From Candidatus Latescibacterota bacterium (GTDB lineage: Bacteria > Latescibacterota > UBA2968 > UBA8231): a DNA stretch of 64,000 nt. The stretch covers positions 288,001-352,000 of the forward strand of contig CBDETK010000013.1 of NCBI GenBank assembly GCA_965242865.1, in the 5' to 3' direction. The notes beneath the pieces were generated by a model that was not told the DNA's origin, ran no database searches, and saw only the letters and a list, made by a program, of their open reading frames with translations. This document shows positions 35,619 through 44,390 of this stretch, piece by piece (position 1 is the first letter of the stretch; the number at the start of each line of letters is the position of its first letter). The position numbers were made by a program, and so were the translations under genes.

Positions 35619-38132
35619 GTGAGCATACCGAGTGAAGGCATTGCCTTAAAAGTATCCGAAACCGCGGGCATTACCCGCCGAAAGTACCCTCTGACGAGGG
35701 GCGTCCCCTTGCCCCAAGGCACTCGCCTCGAGGCCCTGTCTTTGCAGGACGCACAGGGCCGAGAGGTGCCGCTGCAACTACGGGTCTTGGGCCGCTGGCC
35801 GGACGACAGCGCGAAGTGGGTGTTGTTGGACTTTCAGGCCGACGTGGAAGCGGGCCAAGAGGCCGTGTACACCTTGCAATCCACAAAGGAGCCAAACGCC
35901 GCGGCGAGGGGGCGCGGCGTGGAAATCGCCGAGCGGGAAGACCGCTTTGAGGTGTGTACCGGCCCCCTGCGATTTGGCGTTGGCAAAAAGGCATTCGCGC
36001 TTTTTGACGGGGTGGAGCTAGGGCAGCGTGTCGCCGCCGTCGAAGTGCTCCCGCGGGGCGGCGGCGACGCTTGGGCCAAAATATCCGAGTCCGAGTTCGC
36101 CGGCGGAACCCAGCGGCGCATCTTCGGAATGGGGGGCCGCTGTTTGGCGTCAGCGGGTGCGGAAGAATACGCTGTCGAAATCGAAGAGGCCGGTCCCTTG
36201 CGGGCGGTGATTTGCTGCCGCGGGGCCTACGAATCAATCGCGCCGATGCACCACTACGCCGGCTATCGCCCGCTGCGCTTTGCGACCCGGATCTACGCCT
36301 ATGCCGGCAAGGCGCAGGTGCGGGTGGTCCATACCGTGGTCGCGACCTGCAATCCGCGCGAGACCGAGGTCGAGGAGCTGGGCTTGCGCGTCCCGCTCTC
36401 GCCCGCAGGCCGCGGCACTTGGCGCGTCGGGGCCGAGCGGGTCCTAACCGGGCCTTGGGTACCCGAGCGCTACGCATTGCTCTCGCAGCGGCTGGACAAT
36501 CACTTCTGTTGGGAGGAGTACGAAGGCGTTGAGCGCACCGTGCGGGCCGAGGGCGAGCGCGCGGCTGGCTGGATTTGCGCCGAAAACGACCGCGGCGGCG
36601 TTGGCGTCGCGCTGCGCTACATGGCCGAGGAGTATCCCAAGGCCCTCGGCGTCGGCCCCCAAGGCGTTGATATTTTTTTCTGGCGCGACCCAGCCGGCCG
36701 CCGGCTCAGTTTCAAACGCTACGCCGAGGAAGTTGCTTGGCACGAAGGCGAAGGGGTCTATGCCGACGGCACGGGCACGGCAAAGAGCAGCGAATTTTTC
36801 GTGGACTTTTTTCGCGCCGGGTCCGCCAGCCCCGAGCGGTTGCAGGGCCTTTTGCACCCGCCACAGGTGAGCGTCGCGCCGGATTGGGTGGTGCGGACCG
36901 GGGCGGTCGGCGGCTTGGCCACCGGCGCGGAGTTTCCGCGCTCCGACCGCATGTTGACGGGCTTTGTCGCTTGGCTGGAAGGGCACATCGAGCGTTATCG
37001 CTGGAAGGGGTTTTTCGATTGGGGCGACGTGATGGCCACTTGGGAAGAGGGCGCGGGCGGCTGGCGTTTTAAGGGCCGCTGGGGTTGGTGCAACAGCGAA
37101 TGGGACCCGCGCCACGCCGTGTGGTTGCAGTACTTGCGCACGGGCGACGGGCACTACTACGCGCTCGGCGAGGCCATGACCCGGCACTCGCTAGACGTAG
37201 ATACCTGCCACTATCACCCGTTTCGGCCTTACATGGTCGGCGGCAGCTTCCGCCACAGCATGGACCACTTTGGCGACGAGCCGTGCGCTTCGCACACCTT
37301 CATCGACAACTGGGTCGATTACTACTACTTGAGCGGTGACGAGCGGGCGCGGGAGGTGTTGCGCGAGGCCGGGGAATTTTTCCTGCGCTACCGCTGGAGC
37401 GAGGACCCGCGGTACAGCTTCAGCTTGCGCTCCATCGGCAACGCGCTGCGGGGCTTGCTCTACCTGTACGAGCTAACCGGCCAAGCGCGCTTTATGCGCC
37501 GAGCCGAAGCGGTGTACGACGCCGTGGCGCGCGGCCAAAACCCAGACGGCAGTTGGCACAAGCGATTCCAAGTAGCTACGGCGGACAAACGGCCAGACCA
37601 AGGGCCGTACGGCATGGCGACCGAGGGCACGACCCTCGCAGTGGAAATGGGCGCGGCCGCCCCGTTTAGCGACGAAGAGTACCGCGCGCTGGGGGGCAGC
37701 TTTAGCTCGTTGAGGCGGGTTTTGCCCTACGAGGAGCAAAAGGGCTATCAGACTCACTATTTGCTGGTCGGGTTGGAGCGGCTCCACAGAATGACCGAGC
37801 GCACGGATGTGGCCGAGGTCTTCGTGCGGGCGGTCGATTGGTTTTGCGGCGGCCCAGACGTCTTCAACGCCGAGGTGGCCTGCGCCCAAAGCTACCACGG
37901 CGTCCTGTGCGGCTCGTTGGCGTACGCTTGGCGGCTGACCGGCAAGCAGGGCTATCTAAAGATGGGGCGCGCGGTGCTCGCCGAGTTGATCGCCCAGCAG
38001 GACTGGAGCGACCGGCCGGATTACCGGGGCGCGGTCGCCATGCACCCTACCGCGTTGAGCTTAGTGTTCTTTGGGGTGCCGCCGCTTTTGGGGGCACTCG
38101 CAGAAGCAGACTTGGAGGAAATACCATGCTAG
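35619..38132 (+). CDS. Hypothetical glycan-processing protein (PcRGLX/YetA-like architecture)
   Basis: N-terminal PLTRGVPLPQG...WPDDSAKWVLLDF, EEAGPLRAVI, GFFDWGD...WCNSEWD; GTG start with AAGGAG RBS. Confidence 0.6.
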   Translation: MSIPSEGIALKVSETAGITRRKYPLTRGVPLPQGTRLEALSLQDAQGREVPLQLRVLGRWPDDSAKWVLLDFQADVEAGQEAVYTLQSTKEPNAAARGRGVEIAEREDRFEVCTGPLRFGVGKKAFALFDGVELGQRVAAVEVLPRGGGDAWAKISESEFAGGTQRRIFGMGGRCLASAGAEEYAVEIEEAGPLRAVICCRGAYESIAPMHHYAGYRPLRFATRIYAYAGKAQVRVVHTVVATCNPRETEVEELGLRVPLSPAGRGTWRVGAERVLTGPWVPERYALLSQRLDNHFCWEEYEGVERTVRAEGERAAGWICAENDRGGVGVALRYMAEEYPKALGVGPQGVDIFFWRDPAGRRLSFKRYAEEVAWHEGEGVYADGTGTAKSSEFFVDFFRAGSASPERLQGLLHPPQVSVAPDWVVRTGAVGGLATGAEFPRSDRMLTGFVAWLEGHIERYRWKGFFDWGDVMATWEEGAGGWRFKGRWGWCNSEWDPRHAVWLQYLRTGDGHYYALGEAMTRHSLDVDTCHYHPFRPYMVGGSFRHSMDHFGDEPCASHTFIDNWVDYYYLSGDERAREVLREAGEFFLRYRWSEDPRYSFSLRSIGNALRGLLYLYELTGQARFMRRAEAVYDAVARGQNPDGSWHKRFQVATADKRPDQGPYGMATEGTTLAVEMGAAAPFSDEEYRALGGSFSSLRRVLPYEEQKGYQTHYLLVGLERLHRMTERTDVAEVFVRAVDWFCGGPDVFNAEVACAQSYHGVLCGSLAYAWRLTGKQGYLKMGRAVLAELIAQQDWSDRPDYRGAVAMHPTALSLVFFGVPPLLGALAEADLEEIPC

Positions 38133-39619
38133 CGCAACCCAACATCATCCTGATCATGACCGACCAACAGCGCTTCGACTCGATCGGCGCTTGGGGCTAC
38201 GACCACGCGATCACGCCGGCCATGGACCGCTTGGCGGCCGAAGGGCTTTCCTTCCGCAATGCCTTTTGCCCGGGCGCGACCTGCATTGCCTCGCGGGCGG
38301 CGATTTTCACGGGGATGTACCCGCACAATACCGGCGTGTACAGCTTTGACCACTGGGCCAGTCACCGCAATTGGGTCCAAGACCTCAACGACGCGGGGTA
38401 TCACTGCGTCAACATCGGCAAGATGCACTTTGCGCCGCGCGATGTCGCCGGAGGCTTCCACGAGCGGGTCATCGTGGAAAACCCCACCAGCCGATACCTC
38501 CACTCGGGCAGTGCCGACGACGATTGGGGCCGCTATCTGCGGCTTCACGGCTTAGAACGGCCCAACGACCGCAACAAAACCGACCCCGATTGGCTGCGGA
38601 AATACCAAGGCGTCCCTTGGCACTTGGAAGAGCGCTTTCACTCGGATGTCTTTATCGGCGACTCGGCCCTTGCTTGGATTCGCGCGTACCAGGGCCGGTT
38701 TCCGTTTTTCTTGCAAATAGGTTTTACCGGCCCGCACGAGCCGTGGGATCCCCTGCCGAGGCATCTGGAGCAATACGCGGGCCGGCCAATGCCTCCGTGC
38801 GTGCTGCGCGATGGCGAGCTAGCGGACAAGCCGCCCCAGCACGAGGCCCAGCGAACCACGCACGCGACGACCGAGCACGAGTCCGCGATCGACATGTACT
38901 CGCCCAGCGAAGAGGACATCGCCCGCATGCGGCGGCACTACTACGCCAAAATCACCACGGTAGATGAGAAGTTAGGCGAGGTCCTCGACGCGCTTGAGGC
39001 GCGGGGCTTTTTGGACAACAGCCTGCTGGTCTTCTGCTCGGATCACGGCGAACTGCTGGGCGATCACGGGCTGGCGTACAAATGGCTGATGTACGACCCG
39101 GTGGTACACGTGCCCCTGATTGTGCGCGACAGCACTCGGGCGCAACAGGGCGGCCAAACCAACGACTTGGTTTCGCTGATGGATTTGGGGCCGACGGTCC
39201 TAGAAGCGGCTGGCGTGGAGGTGCCCAGCTATCTAGAGGGACGCTCGTTGCGGCCCTACTTGGAGGGGTCCGCAGATTGCACGCCGCGCAAGTGGGTGTT
39301 CAGCGAGGACAACTATCAGGTGATGATGCGCGGCCAGCGGCACAAAATGGTCTATTACATCGGCCAAGATCAGGGCGAGCTATACGACTTGGAACAGGAC
39401 CCGCACGAACTGTGGAACCTTTGGGGCCGAGCCGAGCACCACGCCCTGCAAAACGAGTTGCTGGCCCACCTGCTTCGCTGGCTCGCCGCGAGCACGTACT
39501 ACAATGCGGGCTACCGCCGCCAGCGCAGCCGGCAGTACGCGATGCGCTGGCCGCGCCCGGACGACGCGTTTTTACACGGGGCACGGGGCCGGCCGGTGCC
39601 GCGGTCGTTTGACCTCTAA
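38126..39619 (+). CDS. Sulfatase (Cys-type)
   Basis: PNIILIMTDQQR, CIASRAAIFTG formylglycine motif, GKMH, GPHEPWD, SDHGE, ELYDLEQDPHE. Confidence 0.92.
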   Translation: MLAQPNIILIMTDQQRFDSIGAWGYDHAITPAMDRLAAEGLSFRNAFCPGATCIASRAAIFTGMYPHNTGVYSFDHWASHRNWVQDLNDAGYHCVNIGKMHFAPRDVAGGFHERVIVENPTSRYLHSGSADDDWGRYLRLHGLERPNDRNKTDPDWLRKYQGVPWHLEERFHSDVFIGDSALAWIRAYQGRFPFFLQIGFTGPHEPWDPLPRHLEQYAGRPMPPCVLRDGELADKPPQHEAQRTTHATTEHESAIDMYSPSEEDIARMRRHYYAKITTVDEKLGEVLDALEARGFLDNSLLVFCSDHGELLGDHGLAYKWLMYDPVVHVPLIVRDSTRAQQGGQTNDLVSLMDLGPTVLEAAGVEVPSYLEGRSLRPYLEGSADCTPRKWVFSEDNYQVMMRGQRHKMVYYIGQDQGELYDLEQDPHELWNLWGRAEHHALQNELLAHLLRWLAASTYYNAGYRRQRSRQYAMRWPRPDDAFLHGARGRPVPRSFDL

Positions 39620-41112
39620 ACCATTCCTGTACGGGACGGGCGCGGCCCTTTGCCTGCTCCTAGGGGCGGGGTTGCGCTTTGCGGGGCTGACGCGGGGCAC
39701 CAGCGACTTTGTCTTGCCCGAGGCGCGGCAGCAGGGTGTTGAGCGGGCTTTTTATACCTTTCACCCCGATGATGTTGGTGCCGTTTTCCTTAGCCGATAT
39801 GCACACGGTGCCGCATCTCCACCACTGGACCCACCTTTGGCCCCAAGCGGTGGGCTGGCCGCTAACTATTGGGTTCGCCGGGGGGTTGCTCTGGGTGCTG
39901 TGGCATCGCCCGCGGGGCGCACTGCCCGCGCTCGTCTGGTGTCTGATTTCCCTAGCAATGATAGGCGGTCTGCACACCAAGTACATCCGCTACGTACTGC
40001 CCCTATTGCCTTTGCTGAGTCTTTTTGCCGCCGGTCTTTGTCAGGTGCTCTGGCGACGCCACAAGCTGGTCGGCGGTGCCGTTACAGCGGCCTTCTTGGG
40101 TTATACGGCTTTCTACGGGCTGGCCTTTACCCGCATCTACCTCGAAGAGGACAGCCGGATTCAGGCCGGCCGCTTTGTCGCCGCCCATGCCGAGGACGGG
40201 GCGCGAATCGGTGTGGAAAACGGGGGGTTTAGCATGAAGCCGCTAATTTCGGATGGCACTATCCCCTTGAACGCTCAGCTACTCTTTTGGATGCGTCATT
40301 ACCTGAGTTGTACGGCAGCGGCCGAAGTCCTTTGGAATAGAGTAAAGCGAATGGACTATATCGCCGCTGTTGATGTCAACCGCTATCGCCAGTTCGTGGC
40401 CGTACCGGAATTGCTCCCCGTCGCCCATTCATTTTACCGGAGTCTGTGGGGCGGCGAACTGGGGTTTGAACGAATGAATCGCTTCAAGGTCTATCCCCAC
40501 ATGTTCGGAGTCACCCTGATGGACGACGATGCCGAAGTCTCGTTTTTGGGCTTCGACCATCCGGCCGTGCTCGTTTTCCGTCGGTACGCTAGTGGAGAGG
40601 AACTGGACTGGACTTCTTGGCAACAGCAATTCTTGCAGGATGAACGCTGCGCCGACCGCCTGCTCGCCCAAGCTGCCGATCACTTCCGCGCAGGTGCCTA
40701 TCACAAGACGCTGGCGGCACTCGACTTGGCCCTCGCGTCCTACCCTCAGATGCACTACTCGCATTTGTTGCAGGCTTTTGCTTACGAGCAAATCGGGGCC
40801 GAGAAATCCAAGCTCCACAGCGGCGCAAAATTTGTGGCTGGCTACGACGAAGGAAACGGTTTCCTAGTGCCTTGGGCGACAGCGGCCACCTCACTAACCC
40901 TCGGCCTGCCCGATGTGGCACTTTCCGCCCTGCACCACGGGGTCCAGCTAAACGAGCCGCTAACGGACGCGGAAAGTGACCAAATGGCCACCTCCTATCT
41001 CTACGCCGGCCGACAAGCACAGGAGCTTGGCTATTTGAGCCAAGCCGACGAAATCTACGACATGGCCGCTGCTTTGCGGCCGACCGCGAAGGAAATGCCG
41101 GTTGAAGAATGA
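39609..41112 (+). pseudogene. Membrane glycosyltransferase-like (ArnT/GT-C-like) protein with TPR-like tail; internally deleted or frameshifted
   Basis: The N-terminal LRFAGLTRG...FHPDD fragment joins out of frame to VPFSL...HTKYIRYVLPLLP...DSRIQAGRF...FDHPAVLVF; the central TM region appears to be missing. Confidence 0.55.
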
Positions 41113-41122
41113 GCCGACCGAC

Positions 41123-41806
41123 TTATTTCCGGCTAGCTAAGAAGCTGGCGAGGAGATCAACGGCGGCGGTCCGGGCTATTTTGCCGGTGTTGATCGTCAA
41201 GTCGTAGAGTAGGGGATCGTTCCAGTCGGCTTGGTGGAAGTTGCGCAGGTAGCTCTGACGCCATTGGTCGTGTTGCTCGATGAGTTTCTGCGCTTGCTCG
41301 CGATCTACGTCGCGGCTTTGGATCAATCGTTCGATCCGCGTTTCGAGCGGGGCGATGATTTTGACGTGGTAGGCATTGGGATGATCGGCGAGGATGACTT
41401 GGCTGGCCCGGCCGACGATGACGGCTTGGCCGCTTTGGCCAAAATCCTGCACCAAGGTCGTGATGAGCAACTGATACGTGCCCCGGTCGAGGTACGTCGC
41501 TTCGCCGACCTCGTGCTCGCGTATATGGGGAAACTCGAGTCCAAACTCGGGTGCATAAGCGGCAGCCGATAGGGGAAACGCCCCGGGAGCGACTTCGGGC
41601 ACGAGCAATTTCTTGAGAAAAAACCGGAGCCGACCCTCCCCCTTTTCGTCGTAGCGCTCCACCTCTTCAACCGAGGTGTCGGTGATGCTGGCGATCTCTT
41701 CGACGAGGCGGCGGTCTATGAATTCGTAGTCTAGCTTGGTAGCCAACTGCTCGGCGATCCAGTCGCCAAAGCTGCCGAGCTGACGGGCAACCGTGATGAC
41801 AGTCAT
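41123..41806 (-). CDS. Cytidylate-kinase-like family protein
   Basis: VITVARQLGSFG, VIVGRAS, APLETRIER, YDLTINTGK. Confidence 0.85.
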   Translation of the reverse strand: MTVITVARQLGSFGDWIAEQLATKLDYEFIDRRLVEEIASITDTSVEEVERYDEKGEGRLRFFLKKLLVPEVAPGAFPLSAAAYAPEFGLEFPHIREHEVGEATYLDRGTYQLLITTLVQDFGQSGQAVIVGRASQVILADHPNAYHVKIIAPLETRIERLIQSRDVDREQAQKLIEQHDQWRQSYLRNFHQADWNDPLLYDLTINTGKIARTAAVDLLASFLASRK

Positions 41807-41888
41807 AGCGAGTCTCTTCTCAAATGCCAGCCAGATGCCAGCTTGTACTCATCTTGAACTAGAGTATAAAAGGCAGGCATTCTCCGTG

Positions 41889-42983
41889 TCAACGCTGGTC
41901 CGGCCGACCCAGCTTCGGCCCCAAGCGGATGGAATGGGTTTTGACGAGGCAGTAGATCGGGTCGCCGATACCGAGCTGCATTTCCTCAAGGGCTTCCGGG
42001 GTCGTCTTGGCGGCCAGCCGACACCCGACATCCACGTAGATGAGCTGTTTCCCCCCCACCTCGGCGATTGCGCGGATGGTTCCCTGCAACGCATTGCGGA
42101 TGCTCAACCCTTCGGGGCGCTGGCGAGCGAGGACGATGTCGTCGGCGCGGATGCCGATGAAGAGGCGGCTGCCTACGGGCTGATCAACGTAGGGAATTTT
42201 GAGCTGCTGGCCGTGGCACCGGACCTCGCAGACGCCCCGCTCAGCCTGGGTTGCCGCGATTTCCACGTCGAGGACGTTTTCAAAGCCGTGCTCTTCAACC
42301 AGCGGCAGGACTTGGGGATGGGCGGCGATGTCAAAAAAGTCGCCGTGCGCTACGACTTGGCCGCGGTTGAGGACGACGACTTGGCTGGTGAGTTCGAGGA
42401 TTTCGGCGACCGAGTGGCTGACGTAGAGAATGGGGATCTGGAGGGCGTCGCGCACGTGGCACAAGTAGGGGATGATGCGGTTTTTAAGGCCCTGATCGAG
42501 CGAGGCGAGCGGCTCGTCCATTAGCAGAAGGCGCGGGGAAGTGAGCAGGGCGCGGCCCAAGGCCACGCGCTGACGCTCGCCCCCGGACAGGTGCCTCGGC
42601 CGGCGCGTGAGCAGGGAACCGAGGCCGAGCAAATCGACGATCGGGTCCAAGGCCACGCGGCGTGCGGTCGCCGGCAGCAGATCGCGGCCGTAGCAGAGGT
42701 TTTCCTCGGTGCTCAGGTGCGGAAAGAGCAAGTCGTCTTGAAACACGTAGCCGATGCGGCGGCGCTCAGGCGGCAGATCAATGCGCTGGGCCGAGGAAAA
42801 GAGCGTTTGACCGTCCAAGGATATTTCGCCGTGGTCCGGCCGCACCAGCCCGGCGACCGCGTTGAGCAGCGAGGTTTTGCCCGCGCCCGACGGGCCGTAG
42901 ATGGCGGTGACGGCGTGGGGGCACTCAATATCCACGTCGAGCGCGAAGGGGCCTAGCGGGCGTTGGGCGCAAAGGCGCAGCAT
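41889..42983 (-). CDS. modC: Molybdate ABC transporter ATP-binding protein
   Basis: GPSGAGKT, LPPERRRIGYVFQD, LSGGERQRVALGRALL, C-terminal TOBE/Mop (LSIRN). Confidence 0.93.
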   Translation of the reverse strand: MLRLCAQRPLGPFALDVDIECPHAVTAIYGPSGAGKTSLLNAVAGLVRPDHGEISLDGQTLFSSAQRIDLPPERRRIGYVFQDDLLFPHLSTEENLCYGRDLLPATARRVALDPIVDLLGLGSLLTRRPRHLSGGERQRVALGRALLTSPRLLLMDEPLASLDQGLKNRIIPYLCHVRDALQIPILYVSHSVAEILELTSQVVVLNRGQVVAHGDFFDIAAHPQVLPLVEEHGFENVLDVEIAATQAERGVCEVRCHGQQLKIPYVDQPVGSRLFIGIRADDIVLARQRPEGLSIRNALQGTIRAIAEVGGKQLIYVDVGCRLAAKTTPEALEEMQLGIGDPIYCLVKTHSIRLGPKLGRPDQR

Positions 42984-42985
42984 GG

Positions 42986-43660
42986 CTAACTCAAGCGCAA
43001 GCGACGGGCCGCCCACTCGCTGGCCACGAGCGCCAGCAGCGAAAGCGCGACCGAGAGCAACACGAGCCCGGCCGCCCGGCCCTCGCCATCCGGTTGGTTG
43101 AGGTACGAGTAAATGGCTAAAGGGAGGGTGCGCGTCTGCCCGGCGATATTGGCCGCAAAAACCATGGTCGCACCAAACTCGCCCAACGAGCGGGCAAAGC
43201 TCAACAGCGAGCCGACCAGCAGGCTAGGGGCCGCGAGGCGCAAGGTCACGGTCAGAAAGGCGCGCACCGGGCCTGCTCCGAGGGTGCGGGCGACGCGCTC
43301 TAGGCGCGGCTCTACGCTCTCAATCCCGAGGCGGACGGAGCGCAGCATCAGGGGAAAGCCCACCACGGCCGAGGCCAGCACCGCGCCCTTCCAATCAAAG
43401 GCCAACTGGAGGTCAAGGGCGGCGAGCACCGGGCCAAAGAGGCCGCCGCGGCCAAACAGCAATAGGAGCAAGTAGCCGGTGACCACCGGCGGCAAGACCA
43501 GCGGCAAGTGACAGAGGCCATCGAGCGCGATCTTGAGCGGAAACTCCCGCCGGGCCAGCAGCCAGCCCAGCAACACGGCCGGCACCAAACTCAGCAACAC
43601 GCAGCAAAAGGCCACGCGCAACGAGAGCAAGAGGACTTGCACTTCCTCAGTGCTGAACAC
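42986..43660 (-). CDS. modB: Molybdate ABC transporter permease
   Basis: LPLVLPPVVTGY, FARSLGEFGAT, TRTLPLAIY. Confidence 0.95.
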   Translation of the reverse strand: MFSTEEVQVLLLSLRVAFCCVLLSLVPAVLLGWLLARREFPLKIALDGLCHLPLVLPPVVTGYLLLLLFGRGGLFGPVLAALDLQLAFDWKGAVLASAVVGFPLMLRSVRLGIESVEPRLERVARTLGAGPVRAFLTVTLRLAAPSLLVGSLLSFARSLGEFGATMVFAANIAGQTRTLPLAIYSYLNQPDGEGRAAGLVLLSVALSLLALVASEWAARRLRLS

Positions 43661-44390
43661 GTGGGTCGCCCAAAAAGGTAAAGCCGTGTTTGCGGAAGAT
43701 GTCGGCGGCCAGTGCTGAGCCGAAAAAAGCCAGCAGGCGGCGGACCTGGGCGTTGGCGCGGCCCTTGACGATGGCCGCTGGATAGACGATGGGGCGGTGC
43801 AGTGAGTCCGGCACCGTGGCCAGCGTTATGGCGCGGTCGCTTTGGGCCGCATCGGTGGCGTACACCCAGCCCGCGGCGCACTCTCCGCGCTCGACGTACA
43901 CCAAGGCGGCGCGGACGTCGGGCGCGGGGGCGATGCGGTTTTTGAGTGCCGGCCACCAGCCCAAGGTCGCTAGAGCTTGGCGGGCGTACTGACCAGCCGG
44001 CACGTGGTCCGGGTCGCCGAGGGCCAAGCGGCCAGCAAAAGCACCGGCAAAGTCAAAATCCTTGGCCCAGCGCACGGCAAAAGGCCCTCCCTTTGGTGCA
44101 ATGACCACGAGGGCGTTGCCGAGGAGATCGACGCGGGAGTCTTGCTCGAGGTGCTGGTGCGCTTGGAGATAGTCCATCCACTCGGCATTGGCGGAAAAGT
44201 AAATGTCGGCCGGCGCCCCGGCGGCAATTTGTTTGGCCAAGGTCGAAGAGCTGGCAATGGACAGGCGCATCCCTTCGCGGTGGCTGGACAGTTCCGCGAG
44301 GGCGGCGCTCAAGCTGGCCGCGGCAAACACGCTTTGGGCCGCGGCCAGCGCGGGGCAGAGCAAGAAGAGTAAGATGCTAAGGGTGGGCAT
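43647..44390 (-). CDS. modA: Molybdate ABC transporter substrate-binding protein
   Basis: FAAASL, ASSSTLAKQI, GDPDHVPAGQYA, VYATDA, HRPIVYP; signal-peptide start at 44390. Confidence 0.92.
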   Translation of the reverse strand: MPTLSILLFLLCPALAAAQSVFAAASLSAALAELSSHREGMRLSIASSSTLAKQIAAGAPADIYFSANAEWMDYLQAHQHLEQDSRVDLLGNALVVIAPKGGPFAVRWAKDFDFAGAFAGRLALGDPDHVPAGQYARQALATLGWWPALKNRIAPAPDVRAALVYVERGECAAGWVYATDAAQSDRAITLATVPDSLHRPIVYPAAIVKGRANAQVRRLLAFFGSALAADIFRKHGFTFLGDPRVQH

